Shown here one piece after another: positions 16,203-25,000 of a stretch of 36,870 bases of DNA. Under the pieces are notes generated by a model. That model was not told the origin of the DNA. It did not search any database and saw nothing but the letters and a program-made list of their open reading frames with translations. The position numbers and the translations under genes are program-made. Within the stretch, counting starts at the first letter, position 1, and each line of letters opens with the position of its first letter. The stretch comes from an uncultured Eudoraea sp. (GTDB lineage: Bacteria > Bacteroidota > Bacteroidia > Flavobacteriales > Flavobacteriaceae): positions 1 through 36,870 of the forward strand of contig CBDUAW010000001.1 of the NCBI GenBank assembly GCA_965365215.1. Reading direction: 5' to 3'.

Positions 16203-18438
16203 ATCATTGGTCATTTCCAGGGTACTCCTTTGCAGTATTATGGTGATTACTTGTATTCTTCCAATGGGAGCGCAATCTGGCGACGCGGCAAATGCTCCTA
16301 AGATAGGCCTGGTACTTAGTGGTGGAGGAGCAAAAGGCCTCGCGCATATTGGGGCCTTAAAAATCATAGACGACGCAGGCTTGAAGGTAGACTTCATTGG
16401 GGGCACCAGCATGGGTGCAATTGTGGGAGCCCTATATGCTGCCGGATATTCTGCAAGGGAATTGGATTCTATTTTCAGGAATACGGATCTGTTAAACCTA
16501 ATACAGGATAATTTCCCGCGTGGCTCAAAGACCTTTTATGAAAAGGAAGATTCTGAAAGGTATGCTCTAACCCTGCCCTTTAATAATTTCAGGATAACCT
16601 TTCCGAAGGGAATATCGGGAGGTCAGAACATTTACAATGAACTAGTAAGGTTGCTATACCACGTGCGGAATGTAAATGACTTTAGTAAACTTCCTATACC
16701 TTTCTTCTGCATCGCAACAGATATAGAAACCGGTAAGGAGGTCCTCCTAAATAAAGGATATCTCCCCGAAGCCATTACAGCTAGTGGTTCCTTACCTTCG
16801 CTTTTTGAACCTATTGAGGTAGATGACAGGGTACTTATAGATGGAGGAGTACTCAATAACTATCCTGTTGAGGAAATTAAGGCCCTGGGAGCCGATATCG
16901 TGATTGGAGTAGACGTACAACACGGTTTAAGGGACCGGGAGGCACTACTCTCAGCAACTGAGATCTTGTTGCAAATCAATAATTTCAGGACTGTTGGTGA
17001 TATGGAAAACAAAGCGGGACTCACTGACATTTATATAAAACCGGATATTGACAAATACTCGGTAATAGATTTTGAATACAAAGAGGAAATTATTGAAGCA
17101 GGAGAGGTTGCCGCAGGGCTGCATAAACATGCATTTGAAGAACTCGCTATAGCGAGGAAAGCCATAGGGAATAACCCCTTGGAAATTCAACCCCTGGATT
17201 CCATAATCGTGAACCGACTTATTATTGAAGGGAATGATAACTATACCAGAGCATATGTGAAAGGGAAACTCCGGTTCCCCCTTGCTGAGCGAATCCCTTT
17301 TACCAAATTGCAACAGGGGATTGGAACTCTTGCTGCTACAGGTAATTTCAACACCATTCGCTACAAATTGCTTTCCAAAGGGATGGGTGAGGACCTGGTT
17401 TTGAAACTAAAGGAGAATCCGGATAAGACCCTGATCCGGATTGGAGCGCACTATGATGACCTTTATAAAAGTGCAGCAATGATAAACCTTACCAGAAAGA
17501 ATTTCATGCTGGCAGACGATGTGGCCTCCTTCGATTTGATATTAGGAGACAATGTTCGGTATAACTTTCAATATTATGTAGATAAAGGCTTCTACTGGAG
17601 TTTTGGTTTTAATTCGCGCTTTAATGACTTTGATTACAATGTAGATTACGGGGTAATACAATCTAATTTTGTTGTTCCTCCAGATCCCAATATCAATAGT
17701 CTGGAATTGGATGTTGACGATTTTACAAATCAAATTTACCTTCAAACCGTGCTAAGAGAAGAATTCGCCTTTATTGCAGGTCTGGAACACAAATTCTTGA
17801 AATACAGTACAACTACTCTGGGCGAAAGCCGAACCTTCTTTGAGAAAAGTAATTATTTCAGTACCTACGGTAAACTGATTTTAGATACCTACGATGATAA
17901 ATACTTCCCTTCAAGAGGATTATACTTCAATGGAGATTTTCATCTATACTTGTTATCGTCCGATTTTAATGACAACTTCAAGGAGTTTTCAATTTCCAAA
18001 GCAAGGATGGGGACCGCATTCCCTATTTTTAAGAAATTGTCACTTAATATTGAAACGGAAGGAGGCTTCAAATTGGGCACATCTAATGTTTCGGCCCTTG
18101 ACTTTGTGCTTGGGGGGTACGGAAATAACCTTATAAACAACTTTGTTCCATTTTATGGCTATGACTTTCTCAGCTTACCAGGGAATAGCTATGTTAAGGC
18201 GTATGGCCGACTGGATTATGAATTTTCATCTAATAACCACTTACTGTTTGCAGGAAATGTGGCCAACGTGGAAGACGATATATTCAGGACAGGGGAGTGG
18301 TTCACAGCCCCGGATTATTCAGGATTTGCACTTGGCTATGGATGGGAATCTTTCTTTGGCCCGGTACAAATACTATATTCCTGGTCCCCTGAGCGAAAAG
18401 ATGGAAACTTTTTCTTCAGTGTAGGTTATTGGTTCTAA
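16186..18438 (+). CDS. Patatin-like phospholipase fused to POTRA and outer-membrane beta-barrel (PlpD-like)
   Basis: Signal peptide from ATG 16186; LSGGGAKG oxyanion motif, GTSMG nucleophile, DGG; C-terminal amphipathic strands ending GYWF. Confidence 0.9.
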   Translation: MKTSIKSLVISRVLLCSIMVITCILPMGAQSGDAANAPKIGLVLSGGGAKGLAHIGALKIIDDAGLKVDFIGGTSMGAIVGALYAAGYSARELDSIFRNTDLLNLIQDNFPRGSKTFYEKEDSERYALTLPFNNFRITFPKGISGGQNIYNELVRLLYHVRNVNDFSKLPIPFFCIATDIETGKEVLLNKGYLPEAITASGSLPSLFEPIEVDDRVLIDGGVLNNYPVEEIKALGADIVIGVDVQHGLRDREALLSATEILLQINNFRTVGDMENKAGLTDIYIKPDIDKYSVIDFEYKEEIIEAGEVAAGLHKHAFEELAIARKAIGNNPLEIQPLDSIIVNRLIIEGNDNYTRAYVKGKLRFPLAERIPFTKLQQGIGTLAATGNFNTIRYKLLSKGMGEDLVLKLKENPDKTLIRIGAHYDDLYKSAAMINLTRKNFMLADDVASFDLILGDNVRYNFQYYVDKGFYWSFGFNSRFNDFDYNVDYGVIQSNFVVPPDPNINSLELDVDDFTNQIYLQTVLREEFAFIAGLEHKFLKYSTTTLGESRTFFEKSNYFSTYGKLILDTYDDKYFPSRGLYFNGDFHLYLLSSDFNDNFKEFSISKARMGTAFPIFKKLSLNIETEGGFKLGTSNVSALDFVLGGYGNNLINNFVPFYGYDFLSLPGNSYVKAYGRLDYEFSSNNHLLFAGNVANVEDDIFRTGEWFTAPDYSGFALGYGWESFFGPVQILYSWSPERKDGNFFFSVGYWF

Positions 18439-18554
18439 AACTTTTGCAATGGAAAAGGTTCACTACAGAGCCTTATGGGCAGATGCTGATCTTCGCTGTT
18501 ATTCCCTAAAAATATGCTTCTTTTTTCCGATATTTGCAGGAGTAATTCGATACC

Positions 18555-18605
18555 ATGATGCATTCACGAGTTGATATACTGGCCCACCTTAGGGCAATGT
18601 GGTAG
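18555..18605 (+). CDS. Candidate 16-aa leader peptide upstream of hppD (MMHSRVDILAHLRAMW)
   Basis: Translated by hand; follows a -7-like GATATTTG, ends Trp-stop and is followed by hairpin-forming sequence. Confidence 0.3.
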   Translation: MMHSRVDILAHLRAMW

Positions 18606-18690
18606 GGGAATTCCCTTCCTTGTTTTACAATGCATTACCCGAAACACTTCGGAAGTATTTTTAAAATATCAAATATTAAACTAAAAAATC

Positions 18691-19833
18691 ATGGCTACAT
18701 TAGATAAAACCTCCTTGCAACTTCCGGTAGAAAACCCGGAAGCAGAAGATTTCTTACCCCTGTTAGGGACAGATCATGTGGAACTTTACGTGGGCAATGC
18801 CAAACAGGCGGCCTATTACTACATGGCTGCTTGGGGCTTTCAACCCCTGGCATATGCCGGATTAGAGACAGGCTTAAAGGATAGGGTCTCTTATGTTTTA
18901 CAACAGGATAAGATTAGGCTTGTGCTCACTTCCCCATTAAAACCAGGGGGTGATATTAACAAGCATATCAACTCGCACGGAGATGGTGTAAAAGTTATCG
19001 CCTTATGGGTAGATGATGCTGAAAAGAGCTACAAAGAAACTACCTCCAGGGGAGCCGAAAGCTATTTTGCACCAAAAGTGCTGAAAGACCAGCATGGGGA
19101 AGTTAAACTATCCGGGATCCACACTTATGGAGAAACGGTTCATGTTTTTGTGGAACGCAGTGCTTACAAAGGGCCCTTTTTACCCGGATATAGGGAGTGG
19201 AAACCATTCTTTCAACCAGGGCCAACAGGGCTCAAGTATATTGACCATATGGTTGGCAATGTAGGCTGGAATGAAATGAACAAATGGTGTCAATTCTATG
19301 CTCATGTAATGGGATTTGCCCAGCTGGTATCCTTTGATGATAAGGATATTTCCACAGAGTATACAGCCTTAATGAGTAAGGTGATGAGTAATGGGAACGG
19401 CAGGATTAAATTTCCAATCAATGAACCGGCAGACGGGCGTAAAAAGTCTCAGATAGAAGAGTATATAGAATTTTACAACGGAGCAGGGGTGCAGCACCTG
19501 GCACTTGCTACTGATAATATTATTGAAACAGTGACGGCACTTCGAAACAGGGGGGTGGAATTTTTAACCGTCCCTGTTAGTTACTACGAAGATGTACTGG
19601 ACCGTGTTGGGGAGATAGATGAGGATCTGGCCCCCTTGCGAGAACTGGGAATATTGATAGATAGAGACGATGAGGGATATTTGCTTCAAATCTTTACCAA
19701 GCCGGTTCTGGACAGGCCAACTATGTTTATTGAGATTATACAGCGTAAAGGAGCCAAGTCTTTCGGCAAAGGAAACTTTAAGGCTCTTTTCGAAGCTATT
19801 GAACGAGAACAAGAATCCAGGGGCACTTTGTAA
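18691..19833 (+). CDS. hppD: 4-hydroxyphenylpyruvate dioxygenase
   Basis: HGDGV, IDHMVGNV, KFPINEP, SQIEEY, GAGVQHLA, YLLQIFTKP, FIEIIQR, FGKGNFKALFEAIE. Confidence 0.97.
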   Translation: MATLDKTSLQLPVENPEAEDFLPLLGTDHVELYVGNAKQAAYYYMAAWGFQPLAYAGLETGLKDRVSYVLQQDKIRLVLTSPLKPGGDINKHINSHGDGVKVIALWVDDAEKSYKETTSRGAESYFAPKVLKDQHGEVKLSGIHTYGETVHVFVERSAYKGPFLPGYREWKPFFQPGPTGLKYIDHMVGNVGWNEMNKWCQFYAHVMGFAQLVSFDDKDISTEYTALMSKVMSNGNGRIKFPINEPADGRKKSQIEEYIEFYNGAGVQHLALATDNIIETVTALRNRGVEFLTVPVSYYEDVLDRVGEIDEDLAPLRELGILIDRDDEGYLLQIFTKPVLDRPTMFIEIIQRKGAKSFGKGNFKALFEAIEREQESRGTL

Positions 19834-19844
19834 GGCCAAGTTCT

Positions 19845-19911
19845 TAAGGATTTGTAAAATTCTTTTAAGGAACGGTAAAGTATTGTTAAGATACTCTTTA
19901 AAGTACGTTAA
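19845..19911. repeat. Helically phased (T/G)TAA(G/A) repeats
   Basis: TAA at 19845, 19855, 19866, 19876, 19887, 19899, 19909 (spacing 10, 11, 10, 11, 12, 10). Confidence 0.45.
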
Positions 19912-19950
19912 AACCTGTGTCTGTGTTGAAGTCTTGTACTAAATTGCAGT

Positions 19951-20056
19951 CACATAAGGGGTGGTTCCCTTATTACTTTAAGTATTGGTTTTTCATAATT
20001 TAAAGTTTGGTTGGTTATTTAGGAAAAGCCCTGACAACTTCGTCGGGGCTTTTTTT
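19951..20056 (+). ncRNA. Candidate trans-acting small RNA
   Basis: Variant -7 box (TAAATTGC, about 19940-19947), 5' hairpin ATAAGGG-GTGGTT-CCCTTAT (19954-19973), U/G-rich core, strong intrinsic terminator. The 5' end is approximate. Confidence 0.55.
20024..20056 (+). terminator. Rho-independent terminator (possibly bidirectional)
   Basis: AAAA-GCCCTGAC-aacttc-GTCGGGGC-TTTTTTT; 8-bp stem with one G-U pair and a 7-U tail. Confidence 0.85.
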
Positions 20057-20124
20057 ATACAATACTTTGGAATAAAATTTGTTTATGCTAAGGTAGATCC
20101 CTGTTTTTAAGGGTATTTATTTGA

Positions 20125-20132
20125 TATTTTTG
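20125..20132 (+). promoter_or_regulatory. Bacteroidota sigma70 -7 box (TATTTTTG) for the DUF3108-TDO-M23-pgi operon
   Basis: Exact TAnnTTTG match 14 nt upstream of ATG 20147. Confidence 0.6.
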
Positions 20133-20146
20133 AGGCAAATGCTAAG

Positions 20147-20950
20147 ATGAAGAAAACGCTAGTCATATTATTAGGAATGTTGTGCTTTGGTTTGTACGCT
20201 CAGAATGGAGGAAGTTACAATACCGCAAAACCAGCCTTTAAGCCTGGCGAATGGCTAAAGTTCAGAATCCATTATGGGTTTTTAAATGCAAGTTATGCCA
20301 CACTGCATGTAAAAACTGATACCATAGATAGTGTCCCCGTTTACCATGTGGTGGGAAAAGGAAGGACTACCGGATTTGCCAGTATATTTTTTAAGGTCGA
20401 TGACACCTATGAAAGCTATTTTGACAAGGAAGACGGTAAACCGTATCGTTTTATCAGGAAGATAAATGAAGGAGGCTATAAGAAGGATATCGAAATCAAT
20501 TTTGATTATACCAAAGATCTTGCGGTCTTAAACGACAAGAAAAACAAGAAAAAGTTTAATTTTGCGGTGCAGCGAGGTATTCAGGATCTGATTTCAGGGT
20601 TTTACTACCTGAGAAACAATTACAGATCAGAAGAGTTGGTTGTGGGAAATTCCATAGAACTCCAGATGTTGTATGATGATGACGGAGTATTTCCCTTTAA
20701 ACTTAAATTCCTGGGGAAAGAAATCCTTAAGACCAAATACGGCAAAGTAGAATGTCTCAAATTCCGGCCGTATGTGCAATCAGGCAGGGTTTTCAAAGAG
20801 CAGGAAAGTTTATCGCTCTGGGTCTCTAATGACCTGAATAAAATACCAATTCGAATTAAGGCCGATCTTGCTGTCGGTTCCATAAAAGCAGATTTGGAAG
20901 GCTACAATGGCCTGCGGAACCAGTTTAAAATAATAATGGATCGCAACTGA
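20147..20950 (+). CDS. DUF3108 domain secreted/periplasmic protein
   Basis: Signal peptide; GEWLKFRIHYG, FFKVDDTYESY, WVSNDLNKIPIRIKADLAVGSI recalled as DUF3108 motifs. Confidence 0.75.
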   Translation: MKKTLVILLGMLCFGLYAQNGGSYNTAKPAFKPGEWLKFRIHYGFLNASYATLHVKTDTIDSVPVYHVVGKGRTTGFASIFFKVDDTYESYFDKEDGKPYRFIRKINEGGYKKDIEINFDYTKDLAVLNDKKNKKKFNFAVQRGIQDLISGFYYLRNNYRSEELVVGNSIELQMLYDDDGVFPFKLKFLGKEILKTKYGKVECLKFRPYVQSGRVFKEQESLSLWVSNDLNKIPIRIKADLAVGSIKADLEGYNGLRNQFKIIMDRN

Positions 20951-20951
20951 T

Positions 20952-21920
20952 ATGAAAGATAAAGAGCGAATTGATTCCCAACTTGCAAAACTCGAAGAGA
21001 AATACAAGGATTCGGGACAAGATTTAAGCTCTTATCTGGATGGCCTGCTTTATCAGAGATATCTTACCTACTGGGATTATATCCACTTAGATACCTTACT
21101 AAGCCTTCAGGTTCCCAGGACACATTACCCGGACGAAGAAATATTTATCCTCTACCATCAGATTACAGAATTATACTTTAAACTCATCTTGCATGAGGAG
21201 AAGCAAATAGTTGATGATAAATCTCAGGAGCTCAGCTTTTTTCTTGAGAAAATTCGGCGGATCAACTCCTACTACAAGGCGCTAATTTCCTCCTTTGGGA
21301 TAATGGTACGAGGAATGGAACGCGAGCAATTCCTGAAATACCGAATGGCATTACTGCCTTCTAGTGGATTTCAGTCGGCCCAATACAGAATGATCGAAAT
21401 CTATGCTACTCCTCTGGAAAATCTGGTACATTCAAATTTGAGGGATACGTATTCCGAAAAAGATGAAATTGAGGTGCTCTATGAACAGATATACTGGAAA
21501 AAAGGGGCAACAGATGCCCGGACCGGGGAAAAAACATTGACCTTGAAGCAGTTCGAATACAGGTACACTCCTAGGTTTATAAGAATAGCTAAACAGGTAA
21601 AGGACAACACTATTTACCACAAATACAAGAATTTACCAGAGAAAATAAGGCATAATAAAGCCCTTATTGAGGCGTTAAAGACTATGGATATAAACGCCAA
21701 CATCAACTGGCCGTTGGTTCATTTGGGCTCTGCCCATCGATATTTAAAACGGGAAGATGACGCCATTGAGGCCACCGGGGGGACAAACTGGAAGGAATAT
21801 CTTCCCCCGAGCTTTCAGAAAGTGGTGTTTTTTCCGGAACTATATACAAAAGAAGAGTTAAATAACTGGGGCAAACAATGGGTAGACCATATTTTTAACC
21901 CTGAAAAAATGAATACCTGA
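20952..21920 (+). CDS. Tryptophan 2,3-dioxygenase family heme protein
   Basis: YWDYIHLDTLLSLQ, DEEIFILYHQITELYFK, SGFQSAQYR, proximal-His region VHLGSAHRYL, ATGGT loop. Confidence 0.88.
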   Translation: MKDKERIDSQLAKLEEKYKDSGQDLSSYLDGLLYQRYLTYWDYIHLDTLLSLQVPRTHYPDEEIFILYHQITELYFKLILHEEKQIVDDKSQELSFFLEKIRRINSYYKALISSFGIMVRGMEREQFLKYRMALLPSSGFQSAQYRMIEIYATPLENLVHSNLRDTYSEKDEIEVLYEQIYWKKGATDARTGEKTLTLKQFEYRYTPRFIRIAKQVKDNTIYHKYKNLPEKIRHNKALIEALKTMDINANINWPLVHLGSAHRYLKREDDAIEATGGTNWKEYLPPSFQKVVFFPELYTKEELNNWGKQWVDHIFNPEKMNT

Positions 21921-21922
21921 CA

Positions 21923-23194
21923 ATGCAAAAATTCTGGGGCATCTTATTCGCATTGATTATTATTACATCCTGCAAGGAATCAAATGAAACTTCAGAACAA
22001 CCCAAAACGGAGGTTGCGCAAGCTGTAAAAAAGATTCCTGAAGTCCAGTTTGGATTTGAGCTCGATGAGTATGACATAGTACGCGATACTATTGAGTATG
22101 GAGATAGTTTTGGGGAAATAATGCTTTCCCATAATGTGGATTATAACAAGGTTGAGTTATTGTCCAAAAAATTCCGGGACACATTCGATATACGTAAAAT
22201 CAGAGTGGGGAGACCATACCTTATCTTAAAAGAAAAGGATTCCCTGGCCAGACCGGCACTTTTCATATACGAGAATGACCTTATCAATTACACAGTTGTA
22301 GATTTTAGGGACTCTGTTAATACTTATAGGAAAAAGAAGGAAATAAAATATGTGGAACGAGAGGCATCAGGGGTAATAGAAACCTCGCTTTCGGAAGCAA
22401 TTCTGGAGCAGGGGATTGACTACAATATAACTAACAATCTCTCCGAAATTTACGCCTGGACAATAGACTTCTTCCGCCTAACCAAGGGAGATAAGTTCAA
22501 AGTAATTTACAAGGAGCGATATATAAACGATACCATTTATGCAGGGGCCGAGCCCATAGAAGCGGCCTATTTTGAACATAACGGAACTCCGTTATACGCC
22601 TTTGCCTATGAATCGGATTCGCTCAAAAACGTAATTGACTATTTTGACGATGAGGCAAATAATCTAAGAAGAACATTTCTTAGGGCTCCCGTTAAATTTA
22701 GCCGAATCTCCAGCAGGTATAATCTTAAAAGACGTATTCGCTACTATGGTTACCGGGTTCGCCCACACCGGGGCACTGATTATGCCGCACCTATAGGAAC
22801 TCCTATCATGGCTACGGCCGACGGGGTAGTAACAGAATCAACACGAAGAGGTGGAAATGGGAAGTATGTAAAGATTAGGCATAATGGCACCTATAGCACC
22901 CAATATCTTCACATGAAGGCACAAAAGGTTAAACGCGGGGAATTTGTAAGACAGGGCGATGTAATTGGGTGGATAGGCATGACCGGAAATACCGGTGGCC
23001 CCCATGTTTGCTATCGTTTTTGGAAAAACGGCAGACAAGTGGATCCGCTTAGAGAAGAACTTCCGGCTGCGGAACCTTTGGCGGAAGTCCTGAGGCCCAA
23101 ATACTATGATTACATAAATCCTTTAAAAGAAAGACTGGATTGTATTATTTTTGAAGCTGAACCTAAAGAAGATCAGCTAACGCTCAATCCATAG
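21923..23194 (+). CDS. M23 family peptidoglycan DD-endopeptidase (MepM-like lipoprotein)
   Basis: Lipobox ITSC; [33 protein letters not shown]. Confidence 0.92.
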   Translation: MQKFWGILFALIIITSCKESNETSEQPKTEVAQAVKKIPEVQFGFELDEYDIVRDTIEYGDSFGEIMLSHNVDYNKVELLSKKFRDTFDIRKIRVGRPYLILKEKDSLARPALFIYENDLINYTVVDFRDSVNTYRKKKEIKYVEREASGVIETSLSEAILEQGIDYNITNNLSEIYAWTIDFFRLTKGDKFKVIYKERYINDTIYAGAEPIEAAYFEHNGTPLYAFAYESDSLKNVIDYFDDEANNLRRTFLRAPVKFSRISSRYNLKRRIRYYGYRVRPHRGTDYAAPIGTPIMATADGVVTESTRRGGNGKYVKIRHNGTYSTQYLHMKAQKVKRGEFVRQGDVIGWIGMTGNTGGPHVCYRFWKNGRQVDPLREELPAAEPLAEVLRPKYYDYINPLKERLDCIIFEAEPKEDQLTLNP

Positions 23195-23195
23195 T

Positions 23196-24833
23196 ATGCC
23201 ACTACCTAACACTGACCCCAAAGGGACCCCTGCCTGGAAAAAGCTCGAGGCCCACTATCAGGATATAAAAGACACCCACCTTAAAGACTTATTTGCAGCA
23301 GACCCCCACAGAGCAGAGGAGCTAACGATTAGCTGGGAAGATTTTCTTTTCGATTATTCCAAAAATCGCATTACAAAAGAAACCCTGAAGCTCTTGTTAG
23401 ACCTGGCAAATGAAACCGGTCTTGAGGATGCCATTCAAAAGTATTTTGCCGGTGACAGTATCAACGAAACTGAGGGCCGTGCCGTTTTGCATACCGCATT
23501 AAGGGCCAAAGAAGGGGAAGTGATTATGGTCTCGGGGGAGAATGTTGTGCCGGAAGTAAAAGGAGTAAAAGAAAAGATCAGGAGCTTTTCCGAAGCTGTG
23601 ATCTCCGGACAAATGACGGGCTTCACCGGGAAGGCATTTACAGATATTGTAAATATTGGAATAGGAGGATCCGATCTGGGGCCAGCGATGGTTACCGAAG
23701 CGCTTGGGTATTATAAAAATCACCTCAAGATTCATTTTGTGAGCAATGTAGACGGGGATCATGTTCATGAAGTGCTGAAGGAATTACCCCCGGAAACCAC
23801 TTTGTTTATAATTGTTTCTAAAACATTTACCACTCAGGAGACCCTATCCAATGCCACTACCATAAAGAACTGGTTTCTTAACCACGCCTCACATAATGAT
23901 ATTGCATCACATTTTGCTGCCGTATCTACCAACGCGGAGAAAATTGCAGAGTTTGGGATAGATCCCAAAAATGTATTCCCGATGTGGGATTGGGTGGGTG
24001 GTCGTTTTTCATTGTGGAGCGCTGTAGGATTGAGTATTGCCCTGGCAGTAGGTTATGATCACTTTGAAAACCTGTTAAAGGGTGCAAATAAAATGGACCA
24101 TCATTTTCGCACAAAAGCATTTGACAAGAATATCCCGGTTATTGCAGGATTACTAACTGTTTGGTATAATAACTTTTTTGGAGCAGAAACAGAAGCCATT
24201 ATTCCCTACTCTCAATACCTGAACCGATTTTCTGCATATCTACAGCAAGGGATCATGGAAAGTAACGGGAAAAGTGTAGACCGTAACGGGAATAGAGTGG
24301 CTTACCAAACGGGAACCATTATTTGGGGAGAACCAGGGACTAATTCACAACATGCTTTCTTTCAATTGATCCATCAGGGAACCAAATTGATTCCGTCAGA
24401 TTTTATAGGATTTAAAAGGTCTTTACACGGAGACAATGAGCATCACAATAAGCTGATGGCCAACTTTATTGCACAGACAGAAGCCCTGATGAATGGGAAG
24501 ACAGAGGAAGAGGTGTTGGAAGAATTTAAAGCCCAGGGAATTGTTCAAAAGAGACAGGAACAACTACTGCCTTTTAAGGTATTTTCGGGCAACAAACCAA
24601 CCACTACCATCCTTATTGAAAAACTAGGCCCTGAAAGCCTTGGTTCCCTTATTGCCATGTACGAGCATAAGATCTTTGTACAGGGGGTGATCTGGAATAT
24701 TTTCAGTTATGACCAGTGGGGGGTTGAACTGGGGAAACAACTGGCTTCCAAAGTGCTGAAAGACCTCAAAGGGGATGGGATTTCCAGGCATGACAGTTCC
24801 ACGGAAAACCTCCTAAAACACTTAAAGAATTAA
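23196..24833 (+). CDS. pgi: Glucose-6-phosphate isomerase
   Basis: [56 protein letters not shown]. Confidence 0.98.
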   Translation: MPLPNTDPKGTPAWKKLEAHYQDIKDTHLKDLFAADPHRAEELTISWEDFLFDYSKNRITKETLKLLLDLANETGLEDAIQKYFAGDSINETEGRAVLHTALRAKEGEVIMVSGENVVPEVKGVKEKIRSFSEAVISGQMTGFTGKAFTDIVNIGIGGSDLGPAMVTEALGYYKNHLKIHFVSNVDGDHVHEVLKELPPETTLFIIVSKTFTTQETLSNATTIKNWFLNHASHNDIASHFAAVSTNAEKIAEFGIDPKNVFPMWDWVGGRFSLWSAVGLSIALAVGYDHFENLLKGANKMDHHFRTKAFDKNIPVIAGLLTVWYNNFFGAETEAIIPYSQYLNRFSAYLQQGIMESNGKSVDRNGNRVAYQTGTIIWGEPGTNSQHAFFQLIHQGTKLIPSDFIGFKRSLHGDNEHHNKLMANFIAQTEALMNGKTEEEVLEEFKAQGIVQKRQEQLLPFKVFSGNKPTTTILIEKLGPESLGSLIAMYEHKIFVQGVIWNIFSYDQWGVELGKQLASKVLKDLKGDGISRHDSSTENLLKHLKN

Positions 24834-24900
24834 CCCTCTTTTTACTGCTGAATAAGTCCTCAGAATTATTCCATTTTTTAGTATTTAAAATGCTAAAATT

Positions 24901-24968
24901 ATGTTAAGTTTGCTAGTCTGGATTTAACATTAGCTTAATGCAGATTAGTGGAAAATACGCCACTTTTG
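24901..24968 (+). promoter_or_regulatory. Putative regulator site plus variant -7 box upstream of the Oar-like receptor
   Basis: ATGTTAA (24901-07) is the inverted repeat of TTAACAT (24924-30); TTAAT recurs 11 bp later (24935); variant -7 box CACTTTTG at 24961-68. Confidence 0.45.
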
Positions 24969-25000
24969 CAAAGCATTTGAAACACTAAATAACACATAAA

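Noticed and set aside
19973-19996. Minus-strand micro-ORF MKNQYLK with a strong-looking leader
   Set aside because: Seven codons, no minus-strand -7 box found, and the longer U tail of the terminator is on the plus strand. Kept only as the alternative to the sRNA model.
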